Of a stretch of 64,000 bases of DNA, positions 50,479 to 59,770 are shown in pieces. Every line of letters starts with the position of its first letter. Within the stretch, counting starts at the first letter, position 1. Source of the stretch: a virus; IMG/VR virus record IMGVR_UViG_3300028920_000044, positions 45,195 through 109,194 of that record; one strand, 5' to 3'. Under the pieces are notes generated by a model. It was given only the letters and a program-made list of their open reading frames with translations. It searched no databases and had not been told where the DNA came from. The translations under genes and the position numbers were made by a program.

Positions 50479-50885
50479 GATTTAATGCCCTGTTTAATAT
50501 GTTTTGACTTTAAAAAATCAGAAAATGACTCTAACTCCATTATAGGTAATATTTTCTCCATATCATCGTGCCATTGATAAATGTAACCATTATCAGTATC
50601 TAACAATATTTCATCACTACCAACAGAGTGTATTGCTATATAACTCTCTGGTAATTCAATGCTGTCTCGTAATATCTTTGTATAACCTATTACGGAAGGA
50701 ATGTCTTTGCCTTGGTCACCTTTCCATGATCCGTAGATAGAAAGATTCTCTTCATCAATAGCACCATGCCACTTAATAAATTTTTTATAGTCCCCAGGGA
50801 GTCTAACATTAAGAGATTCCTCTATTTTTTTTACTGCTCCAGCATGAGGTACTATTTTCCCGAATAAATGTTTTATCGTAATCAT
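50475..50885 (-). CDS. SMI1/KNR4 (SUKH) family protein with N-terminal tag
   Basis: IEESLNVRLPGDYKKFI; LPESYIAI; SFSDFL; starts MITIKHLF. Confidence 0.8.
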   Translation of the reverse strand: MITIKHLFGKIVPHAGAVKKIEESLNVRLPGDYKKFIKWHGAIDEENLSIYGSWKGDQGKDIPSVIGYTKILRDSIELPESYIAIHSVGSDEILLDTDNGYIYQWHDDMEKILPIMELESFSDFLKSKHIKQGIKS

Positions 50886-51133
50886 TTCTCTAATTTTGAT
50901 AATAGTTCCATTTTGCCCGAATCAGCGCTCTTTTGAAATCTTAATACAACAGTTTTACCAGATTTCGCTCTAAACTTTTTAGATCGAATAAGAGGCCTAC
51001 CAGTATCTGGATCTTTCGCAGCTTCGGACTCTTTTGGTTTATCTTTCGGTTCATAATGTGTATAACCACCAGATTTTGTTTTCTTACCTGGTTCGAATTC
51101 CTGCTTTTCAAATAAATTACTTACGGGTAACAT
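50882..51133 (-). CDS. MIxISxLFE-tag small protein
   Basis: MLPVSNLFE. Confidence 0.65.
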   Translation of the reverse strand: MLPVSNLFEKQEFEPGKKTKSGGYTHYEPKDKPKESEAAKDPDTGRPLIRSKKFRAKSGKTVVLRFQKSADSGKMELLSKLEK

Positions 51134-51467
51134 AATTACCTTTTCCTTCTAAGAATTCTTCTAATAATAATTTATCTTCATCAAGTATACTTTCTTTTTT
51201 GAAACATAATGCTGTGTGGTACACGCCACAATTAACATTTAATGTTCGTAAAGTAGTAGCTTCAATGAAAATACTTCTATCAGGTAGTTTTAATTCAATC
51301 TTATAATCTGTAATATCTTCAAGTATTTGGTTCACGGTCGCGTAAAGCCCACCCATACCTATATTGGTAGTTCGTCCACAAATTTGACCATTGATTATTA
51401 TATCGATTGATTTTTCTACCCGAACATGTCGGCGATTACCTAGAACCGCATTAGTAACTACTAGCAT
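51117..51467 (-). CDS. PilZ domain protein
   Basis: NRRHVR; TTNIGMGGL; LRT; ALCF. Confidence 0.75.
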   Translation of the reverse strand: MLVVTNAVLGNRRHVRVEKSIDIIINGQICGRTTNIGMGGLYATVNQILEDITDYKIELKLPDRSIFIEATTLRTLNVNCGVYHTALCFKKESILDEDKLLLEEFLEGKGNYVTRK

Positions 51468-51471
51468 TTTA

Positions 51472-51699
51472 TTAGAATCTAAATAAGTTATTTGTTAACC
51501 CAGGGAATCTGACATGAAGCCAAATAGCTAAAGTAGCAACTAACCATATCCAGCCCATGACTGCTATTGTAAATATTGACCAAAATCGTCGTTTAGTTTT
51601 GTATAAGAACCGTAGCATAAATCCCATTTGAGGAGGCATATTCGGAATGCGCCTATCCCATGGACCACTACGCCGTTCTTTAAATCCTTCATCACTCAT
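51472..51699 (-). CDS. Small membrane protein with ERRSG..DRR motif
   Basis: ERRSGPWDRR then one TM helix. Confidence 0.65.
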   Translation of the reverse strand: MSDEGFKERRSGPWDRRIPNMPPQMGFMLRFLYKTKRRFWSIFTIAVMGWIWLVATLAIWLHVRFPGLTNNLFRF

Positions 51700-51717
51700 T
51701 AATATTCCTTTGGATAA

Positions 51718-51765
51718 GACACTCCCAAGGAAAGGAGATCACCATGAACAAACCCTGGGAGTGTC
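51718..51765 (-). terminator. Large-loop hairpin
   Basis: GACACTCCCAGGG/CCTTGGGAGTGTC stem on minus strand. Confidence 0.55.
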
Positions 51766-51776
51766 CGCCACCCACC

Positions 51777-52292
51777 TTATCCGAGTTCTTTACCGAACCC
51801 AGCTGCCGCTGCTCCATCAACACCTAATTGACTATCATTAAATGCTTGACCAGTCGGTTTAATCTGCGAAGCAGGAGCAAACCCCTCTTCTGCACGATGT
51901 CCACCTACACTCGGCGAATCTTTCTTCTCTGCAATCATAAAATGTATGAAAGTACCATCATCACTGTACACCTCTACTGATCCATCGGCTGCTTCATATT
52001 CGAAGGTCAATCCATCCATGTCACCATCGCCGCCACGAGCAGCCTCAGCAGCATCCATATCAGCAACATCTTCACGATGAGGAACATCAAGAGAAAGCAT
52101 TTGATCTGCTACACGATCAAAAGCATCTCCATGATAAGGCACACATACCAACCAATCTGTTACATATTCCCCAACCCTCTTCATCACAACACATTTCGGG
52201 CTTTTAAGTACTGCATCAAAAAGAGTTCGGGCTTCTGCAGGATCGTTAACTTTGTGAAGTACTTCTAATTTAAACTTAGCCATGATCATCAC
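51777..52292 (-). CDS. Acidic hypothetical protein
   Basis: 171 aa, AAGGAG RBS. Confidence 0.7.
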   Translation of the reverse strand: MMIMAKFKLEVLHKVNDPAEARTLFDAVLKSPKCVVMKRVGEYVTDWLVCVPYHGDAFDRVADQMLSLDVPHREDVADMDAAEAARGGDGDMDGLTFEYEAADGSVEVYSDDGTFIHFMIAEKKDSPSVGGHRAEEGFAPASQIKPTGQAFNDSQLGVDGAAAAGFGKELG

Positions 52293-52316
52293 TCCTTATA
52301 GAATTTTTAATGTTGT

Positions 52317-52691
52317 TCAGCCATCAATTTCAAAATGGTCAATTTTTCTTTCTTCTTTCTCATTAATAAAATTATCAATCTTCTTTCGAACACCCATATC
52401 AATACTACTAAAATAAATGCCTACTTCATAATTATCTTGTTTAATTTTCTCACAACGAACGACAACTCCATCAAATATAACATCATCATCAGGAAGATTA
52501 AGGGTTAATCTTAATCTAGTCATTTCACTTATAGGTTTAGTCATTGTACAGCTAGCACCAACACAACTCAAATCCTTTGTTTCCCCGTGAATATCGTGAG
52601 ATGCATCTTCAGGAATTATCTTGAACTTAATTGGAGCTTTGACTCTTTTACTTCTTCGTCTTTCACGTATTATAACTTTTTCTTCAGTCAT
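52317..52691 (-). CDS. PilZ domain protein
   Basis: ERRRSKRV; TKDLSCVGA; GVVVRC; VGIYF. Confidence 0.9.
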   Translation of the reverse strand: MTEEKVIIRERRRSKRVKAPIKFKIIPEDASHDIHGETKDLSCVGASCTMTKPISEMTRLRLTLNLPDDDVIFDGVVVRCEKIKQDNYEVGIYFSSIDMGVRKKIDNFINEKEERKIDHFEIDG

Positions 52692-52701
52692 TTGTAACCA
52701 C

Positions 52702-53283
52702 CTAAGTTTTGGTAATTTGAACCCTTTTAAACCAACCTCGGCAATACTTTTCCTGAGTAGGGCTTTTCTTCATATAATTTAAATAATGACTAGCCTGTAA
52801 AGTATTCATAATTTTAAGTAGTAATTCATCCGAATCAACCCTCAAATATATGCTTAAGTTCATCATAGTAGTTGGTCCTAATTGTCCATCATCAGACATA
52901 TCGGGAAATAGTTTACCGTTACGATTTAGAAAATTAAGACTTCTCTGAAGAAATTTAACTGACCGTTTAATACCCATATTAACTCCGGTATCAAACATTT
53001 CTTCACCAAGATCTTGGGAAGGTAAATCATCCCCTTGGAATGGATCCCAATAATGATGTTTATAAAAATTTTGAACCATTTGTTGAATTGTAGCCAACCT
53101 GTCTAGATTTTTAGGGAAGTTAGGTGCTTGTTTAGTACCATCAATAATCTTCCATCCTTCCCAACCAGGATGGAATCTTCGCGCAACACCCTTGTAAGTT
53201 TCCCCACCAGCGTCATCAGGGTCGTGAACATATCCGCCTTCATGCCCCATCGTCTTATCATACGCGTTCTTGAAATTGGCCAT
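52702..53283 (-). CDS. Endolysin, glycoside hydrolase family 108 with PG-binding_3 domain
   Basis: HEGGYVHDPDDAGGETYKGV; FDTGVNMG; DGQLGPTT; Q.KY..GW..R. Confidence 0.9.
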   Translation of the reverse strand: MANFKNAYDKTMGHEGGYVHDPDDAGGETYKGVARRFHPGWEGWKIIDGTKQAPNFPKNLDRLATIQQMVQNFYKHHYWDPFQGDDLPSQDLGEEMFDTGVNMGIKRSVKFLQRSLNFLNRNGKLFPDMSDDGQLGPTTMMNLSIYLRVDSDELLLKIMNTLQASHYLNYMKKSPTQEKYCRGWFKRVQITKT

Positions 53284-53515
53284 CCTCTTTATCCTTTTCT
53301 GAATCTAACCCTTTTGTGAAACTAACATATTCTTTTAGTTCTTGTTGTTTATCACTTAGGAAACCTTCAATACATTTCCTACAATGAACCTCATTATTAA
53401 GAACAACAATATCACTAGCCTCTAGTGAACCGTGTTCACGATTACATCTTATCGTCACTCCTGTGCTCACTTGATTTTTCCTCTCCAGGTTGTTTTGCTT
53501 GTTCTTTCTCAACAA
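53258..53515 (-). CDS. Small putative Zn-binding protein
   Basis: C...H and HCRKC; overlaps neighbours, start uncertain. Confidence 0.45.
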   Translation of the reverse strand: MLRKNKQNNLERKNQVSTGVTIRCNREHGSLEASDIVVLNNEVHCRKCIEGFLSDKQQELKEYVSFTKGLDSEKDKEDGQFQERV

Positions 53516-54113
53516 CCTTCATTCTTGGTTCGTTATCAACTTCTTCTACATGATTCTTCTTAGTTATTTTATCTCTCTTCCATAACAACGTAAATAGGTT
53601 ACACATGAGATCATCAGGAAGAACAAATTTACTAAATTTTATTTCTTCTGGTTCTCCAAATATGCTGTATATAAACTCGGAACAATAAAGATTTTTATTA
53701 TCACATTTGAAATCGTAATCATATCCAATCTTTTGTTCATGTAATTCTTCAGCTTTCCCTATTGCGGGTTGAATTAGATTATTATTTTTACATCGAAGAA
53801 TACCAATATCGTCACATCTCATAAATGTTAGTATGTCTTCTTTTGTGATCCCCTTACCTAACATATGAATAACGTCATCATCACCCGAATAGAAAGCTGC
53901 ATGAGACCAATATCCTGGTACAAGAAGGCTACCAATATAATGACTGTAACGACGAAGCAATACATCACCAGGTTCAAGAATACCAAGAATCTCTCTCATA
54001 TGATGACCTTTGATTTGGTAATGAGAATCACCAAACAATATAATACCACCAAAATAGATTCGTATATCTGCGGCCCATGCTATAAGTTTATCTTTAAATC
54101 GTTTCTCTGCCAT
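53442..54113 (-). CDS. Permuted papain-like NlpC/P60 (YiiX/YebB-like) enzyme
   Basis: PGDVLL, GYWSHAAFY, YDYDF, LYCSEFI, LPDD. Confidence 0.8.
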   Translation of the reverse strand: MAEKRFKDKLIAWAADIRIYFGGIILFGDSHYQIKGHHMREILGILEPGDVLLRRYSHYIGSLLVPGYWSHAAFYSGDDDVIHMLGKGITKEDILTFMRCDDIGILRCKNNNLIQPAIGKAEELHEQKIGYDYDFKCDNKNLYCSEFIYSIFGEPEEIKFSKFVLPDDLMCNLFTLLWKRDKITKKNHVEEVDNEPRMKVVEKEQAKQPGEEKSSEHRSDDKM

Positions 54114-54117
54114 ATTG

Positions 54118-54309
54118 TTACTCCTTTGGTAAAGATTTAATCGATTTAGCTTTTACATCAAGATCCTTTCTATCTTTTACCTTATCTCTTAATAATGCCA
54201 TTGCTGGTAACAATGTACGAGTATTTAATCTTTTTCTTAAAAATAATTCTTTACCTTTTTTATTACCTAATCCAACAATAAAATCATATTTCTCTAATAT
54301 ACTAATCAT
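54118..54309 (-). CDS. Small basic protein (MISILE tag)
   Basis: GGAG RBS; same start as 35809..36033. Confidence 0.6.
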   Translation of the reverse strand: MISILEKYDFIVGLGNKKGKELFLRKRLNTRTLLPAMALLRDKVKDRKDLDVKAKSIKSLPKE

Positions 54310-54317
54310 GTTAACTC

Positions 54318-55022
54318 CTACCGGGCTTTACACATTTTAAAATTATTCCCATCTCTCTCAACATAAGTACGATTATGAATCCAATCTCCGGTATTAATAT
54401 AATCACATTCTCTTATATCTTTTGGATCAGAATCTCGAAGTACTATTTTAGGTAAATGAGTATGTCCCATAACAAGGTATTCAAAGTCTTTCTCATACTT
54501 CGACACCATGTGCTTTTCCATATCAAGCACTAGAGCATTATATTTCTTATGTTGCCTCTTGGCTGAGATCGAATGATACAGATTTCGGGTGTATGCTAAT
54601 AAGTTAACTCCTAATCTCTCTAGGAACCATCTGATAGGGTATACAAGTTTGGCCATCCAGAAATGTCTCGTTATCAATTCGTCAAATTCTTGACCATGAA
54701 CGAATAAAGTATCACCATCTCGAAGAAATTCAAAGATCCTACACATATCAAAAATAGAATGCATTTGTGTTATGTCTGGATCGTGGTTACCTCTAATAAT
54801 TAGCATAGAACCACGTTTTGCACGTTGATTTATTTCATTGATTAAATGTCCATAGTTGCTTTTAATAACATCTACCGGCGCTTCCCAGGTGTCTATAATA
54901 TCACCAAGTATAATTATTCTATCATATTTGGCATCATTAAGAAGTCTTAAAATTATAGCTTCAGAATTAAATAAAGGATTACCTAAATGTAAATCAGATA
55001 AATATAAATCCATGATCGGCAT
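54318..55022 (-). CDS. Calcineurin-like metallophosphoesterase (LpxH/UDP-2,3-diacylglucosamine hydrolase-like)
   Basis: SDLHLG, GDIID, GNHD, HG, GHTH, NTGDW. Confidence 0.85.
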   Translation of the reverse strand: MPIMDLYLSDLHLGNPLFNSEAIILRLLNDAKYDRIIILGDIIDTWEAPVDVIKSNYGHLINEINQRAKRGSMLIIRGNHDPDITQMHSIFDMCRIFEFLRDGDTLFVHGQEFDELITRHFWMAKLVYPIRWFLERLGVNLLAYTRNLYHSISAKRQHKKYNALVLDMEKHMVSKYEKDFEYLVMGHTHLPKIVLRDSDPKDIRECDYINTGDWIHNRTYVERDGNNFKMCKAR

Positions 55023-55045
55023 ATTCCATTTTTATTTTCATAAAG

Positions 55046-55067
55046 TTTATATAGAAATAGTTATAAT
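55046..55067 (+). promoter_or_regulatory. Promoter-like element upstream of RAMP gene
   Basis: TTTATATAGAAATAGT followed by TATAAT, about 50 nt before the ATG. Confidence 0.5.
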
Positions 55068-55116
55068 ATGGGCAATAATGCCCAAGAGCGAAAACCTTAA
55101 TAAAGGAGATTGTACA

Positions 55117-56067
55117 ATGGTAGAAAAGAAACAACCAGCGGCTAAGGCAAAGAAAGACCAACCCCAGATTGAAGTAGGTAGCGAAACAACTGGATACTGG
55201 GATTATTATTCTATTTTATTTCGTCTTCGCAGAACGATGCTAGGTACTTGTACCGAGGCATCAATAATGCAGGAACACGTTATTCAAAAGGCTCGCAAAC
55301 AAATCAAAAAGGCTAATCGCCTTGGCGATCGTATTGTAAAGTCTATTGACAAGTTCAAAGGAGATGCTATCTCCGAAGACAAAGAAATTGAAGAGGTCAA
55401 GAAGATTATTATGGCATTCGCAGAATTGACCGCGAAACCACTTAGTATGAATCTTCCGAACGATCTCAAATCCTTGCTCACCATGGCGAAGGAAGTCAAA
55501 AAAGATTACGACGAACTCGTTGCAAAAGGTGAACAAGCAAAGTTCACAGTCTTCATGAAAGAACCGAAGAATGGTGATCCCAATACACTATGGCCGGTTA
55601 TTAGTACCCATATGATTTTAGGGAATCTCAAAGAGAATCTCAAAATCATTTGCAACAACGGAGACAAAACAATATTGTCTACTAAAGTCTCCATCGGTGA
55701 AACTATGGCGTTAGATGTCAAAGCTATCGAAGAGTTTATGACTCCCAACCTAGACATTATGCGCCATCCGGATGGTAAACCTCTTATTGAGGAACGACCC
55801 ATATCGTTTAACCGTATGGGGAAGACCGAAACGGCAATTGCTGCTTCTGAACAGTTGCCTAAACTTGCCACATTCGGTTGTAAACTTCGTATCCGTAAAG
55901 GTAGCCCTATTAATGAGACTGCCCTTAGGAAACTTTTTACTTACGGTAAAAACAATGGATTAGGAGCTAATCGTGGTGCTGGTAATTTCGGCTCCTATGA
56001 TTACAAACTGGAGAAACTACCCAACTTCGTTGAAACTGTCGAAGGACACGAAGACGGGTGGAGATAG
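55117..56067 (+). CDS. Stand-alone RAMP (Cas7/Csf2-like) protein, 316 aa
   Basis: AAAGGAG RBS and ATG at 55117; first strand YSILFRLRRTMLGT; FTVF...PVISTHMILGNLKE; ERP; ASEQLP; C-terminal Gly loop YGKNNGLGANRGAGNFGSY. Confidence 0.75.
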   Translation: MVEKKQPAAKAKKDQPQIEVGSETTGYWDYYSILFRLRRTMLGTCTEASIMQEHVIQKARKQIKKANRLGDRIVKSIDKFKGDAISEDKEIEEVKKIIMAFAELTAKPLSMNLPNDLKSLLTMAKEVKKDYDELVAKGEQAKFTVFMKEPKNGDPNTLWPVISTHMILGNLKENLKIICNNGDKTILSTKVSIGETMALDVKAIEEFMTPNLDIMRHPDGKPLIEERPISFNRMGKTETAIAASEQLPKLATFGCKLRIRKGSPINETALRKLFTYGKNNGLGANRGAGNFGSYDYKLEKLPNFVETVEGHEDGWR

Positions 56068-57798
56068 GCGCTATGAACTCATACGAATTAAGGCGTACTA
56101 TTGGTCTGGTTCATTTCGCTTATGTGACGTGAAGGTGGCGTAAACTGACATGAAGTCTGATTTCGTACTGGTTCTGTATATTACCGTACTGTGTAATATT
56201 ATCATGTATAGTTGAGGTGTGATGTCTTAACGTACAATTGGCTGATATAATGTACTGATGATGTATTCCGAGATAAAGTAAACTTTCGGGTGTCATTATG
56301 TGCGACGACATACTCTTTTATGCTGTCACGTTATGGTCGCATGTTATACAATGCGATGCAGTAATGGTGTAGTTTTATGGCATGGAGTGAAGTTAAGTAA
56401 AGGTGATGTATGATCTTATCCAGCATTGTGCCGTAGTGGTCAGGTGGCGTTATACGTCATAGACTAATGTGCGACACAGTAACGGTTATGTAATGTGTTG
56501 TCGACTTACGATTCGTGGAGTTGTGTCAAGTCTTGGTTATATGGTCTGTCATCTATTCCTGACTGGCGTTGTAACAGCTTTGCTCGGTCTCGTTGCGTCC
56601 CGCTAATAAATAAATAAAATAAAGTAAGGTGAGAATCCTTATTAGCGAATGTATTGGTATGATACAATTTTACCAAGTAGGCTTGAGTTGAGTTATGTAC
56701 GATGATGGTCCCATCCCGTATTGTAGGTTTCCACTTTGTTTCGTCCTGGCAACATGGAGTTGTTTGATCTGCCATTATATGGAGTAGCGGTGGACTGAAT
56801 TACGCTCAACTTAGGCGTTGTAACAGCAAGGTGCAATGAAATTTACTATTGTGAAGTTCTGTATGGGTGAAATAGTATGAACCGTAGTTGTGGTGGGTTA
56901 AGCTATCACAAAGCAGGGTTTGATGATGTAAAGTGGCGGTAAAAGTAAAGTCCAATCAACCTATGTAATGTGCAGTGTCCGGTAAACTGTGATTACATGA
57001 ACTTTTGTTTGCTACGAGTTGAGTCAGATAAGCTCATGTAATTTATCGTATTGGTGAAGCGTTATCAACTACAATGCTATTTGGTGGAGGTCCAGTTTTG
57101 CCTTTATGTGGTAGAATTGTGTGGGCTGTTGTTTTGGTGACAATAAATAATATGACATAAAGTAAAGTGGGGAAGTCAACCCAACGTCATCAAAACAATT
57201 CCTTGGTACAGTTGTATCAATTAGCCTGAAGTTTCATGTCGGTATTGTTCTGTCCATTAATGTTCAATATTGTAATGTTCAATATACTCAAGTATTGGTA
57301 CAATGTCGTAAACTGGAGTGAATCGCAGTACCAGTGAACCGAACTCAAGCAATGTTTCGTTCTGGTGAACTGAAGTGTACTCACGTAACGTCGGGGTACT
57401 ATGATATAAATCAGAGTAAGATGTCGTTCTGGTTTGATACTGCAAAAAGCAAAATGCCCTGAGGCTTGATTCTGTTAAATAGAATTACGGTATAATATAA
57501 TATCGTAGGATAGCCTGAAACTTCATGTAGGTAATGTCATGTCTCATACCATGAGTTCATGTGCCGTTCCGGTAAGACATCCTAAAGTAGAATGTGATGA
57601 TGTAAAGGCTGGGTGACGCAATATTGGCTGACGTAGATGTATAGGTCTAGCATTGTTGGCTCGAATATGGTGAAATAGAGTAATGGTTGGGTCGCGTTGG
57701 CTCGTGTGAAGTTTCTTGAGGTAACGGTGGACTACGGTCAACTGATGTAATGTCGTTCCGGTAAAGGTAAAACACCATATCGTATTGTGTAGTCCCAC

Positions 57799-58101
57799 CG
57801 GTAGCGTATCACGCTGTGAGCTCCAGTAAGGGTTTAGTTAACCATAGTGAGTTTGGGTTGTGTGACGGTAACGTCCAATATCATCTGGTCCATCACCGTA
57901 CTGGTGAGGTGGTTTGCGATTATGTATTATTATGTGATGCTTTGTTTTGGTGAAATGATTTATCATAAGTCATATTACCGTTTAGTGATGGCAATGTCCT
58001 ATATCGCCTGATCTAGTATTGCACTGACTCGGTAGCGTATCACGCTGTGCGCTCCAGTAAGGGGTTTAGTTAACCATAGTGAGCTTGGATTGTGTGACGG
58101 T
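57799..58101 (+). repeat. Dispersed ~71-nt direct repeat inside the tract
   Basis: 57799-57869 and 58030-58101, 3 substitutions and 1 indel. Confidence 0.9.
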
Positions 58102-59602
58102 TTAATGAAGTACAGCACTGTTACATATCGTATTGGTGGGACTATGTTAAGTCAACCGACGTGTCATTATGGTATTGTACTGCCCAGTAGATCACTATGA
58201 ACTTCCGTTTTGGTCCGGTAGACTATCATGTTGTAAAGTACTGGTATAACGAAGTACCCTATAATCGGATATGGTTATGTAGTGGCTATGTGTCATAGCA
58301 TAACATATCATTATGTAAAGCTATGGTTCGGTTATGTGCAACTTTGTTCGCTCAATTTCAGTGCAGTCGGGGTATCATAAACTCAAGTGTCCTGGTCTAG
58401 AGTAAAGCATTGGTTATGTTGCGCTGGTAAACTGTTGTACTATTTTATCGGGTATCGTTCTGGTGGACTAATCTACCGAGCCGTATCGTGAAGTCACGGT
58501 GCTGTCAATCACTATGAACTACTATAATGTGGAATACGGTGACGGTTGAATGCAATGGAGTTTCCTACCCTTACATTAAGTAATGGTCAGGTGAAACTTT
58601 GTATCATGTGATGATGCGATGTGAAGACTTTGTTGCGTCCGATGCAATAGTATTCAGTGGTATTCTGTAATGGTAATCTAGACTTGGCTAAAGTATTGTT
58701 TCATCATGGTCTAGGTATGCTGAGCTGAATTACGATGTCGTTGGATAAAGTAGTATGTAGTAAAGGTCTAGTCTACCCTACTGTTGTGGTGCGGTCAATC
58801 TGCGTAATGTAATATATTGTGCAGGTGAGGTGTGTTGTTCTACCTTGGAGTTAAGTGTAATGATGTCGCGGTATGGTGAATTAAAGTATGTCATTGTTCA
58901 GTGACGGTATGGCGATGTGTCTTGTTATAAAGTACAGTAATACATCGTCAGGGTTCAACATTGCATCTTACAGTGATGTCCGGGTATGCTTCTGTTGTCA
59001 TCATATCGTACGATGACGTATGGGTATGCTGAATCAAAGTGTCGTTTACCTAAAGTACCGTTGGGGTAAGGTGTTTTCATGTTCCGTAGCATGGGTTGAA
59101 GTTGCGGTATGGTTACATCAGTTATGATGCATTGAAGTTGCGTGGCGGTACGATAAACTGAAGTAAGCTGAGCTAAGGTCGGGGTATGCTGAATTCAAGT
59201 GAAATGATGTAAACTGATGGTACGATTCTGCTATGTGGCATAATATAATGTTTTGTGTAGGTCCAGTTGTATGGAGTTATATGCCGTTATGGTCTGATAC
59301 GATGAATCATGATATAATACCGTAAGGGTGATGTGAGATATCGTTCAATTCAGTACTGGCACGTATCGTTGGGTTCTGTCCACTAGAGTTATGTAATGGT
59401 GAAATTATGTCAGTCTAAGTGCATTGTTATAGTGTGCGCTTTTGTAAAGTAGAGGCAGGATAACGTAACCCGAAATACAGTATGGTTTCATACAGGTGAT
59501 ATAAAGTCAGCTAACGTTGTGTATAGTATCGTATTATGGTGGCAACGTTACATTCATTATTGTACTGTGGTGTTAGGGTGGAATTATGTGGGCTGAGGTT
59601 TC

Positions 59603-59770
59603 GTAGGGTTTCGTAGTGGTACGCTAAAGTTTACTATTGCCCATTCTCGTAAACTGATGGTAAAATTAGCTAACGTTGTATATACTGTAGGGTTTCGTAG
59701 TGGTACGCTAAAGTTTACTATTGCCCATTCTCGTAAACTAATGGTAAAATTAGCTAACGTTGTATATACT
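59603..59770 (+). repeat. 84-nt tandem duplication inside the tract
   Basis: 59603-59686 and 59687-59770 differ at one base; a diverged partial copy lies at 59502-59539. Confidence 0.9.

Noticed and set aside
54856-55116. N-terminal 87-aa extension of the RAMP ORF in the track
   Set aside because: Overlaps the opposite-strand phosphoesterase and promoter; the strong RBS is at 55102-55108, before ATG 55117
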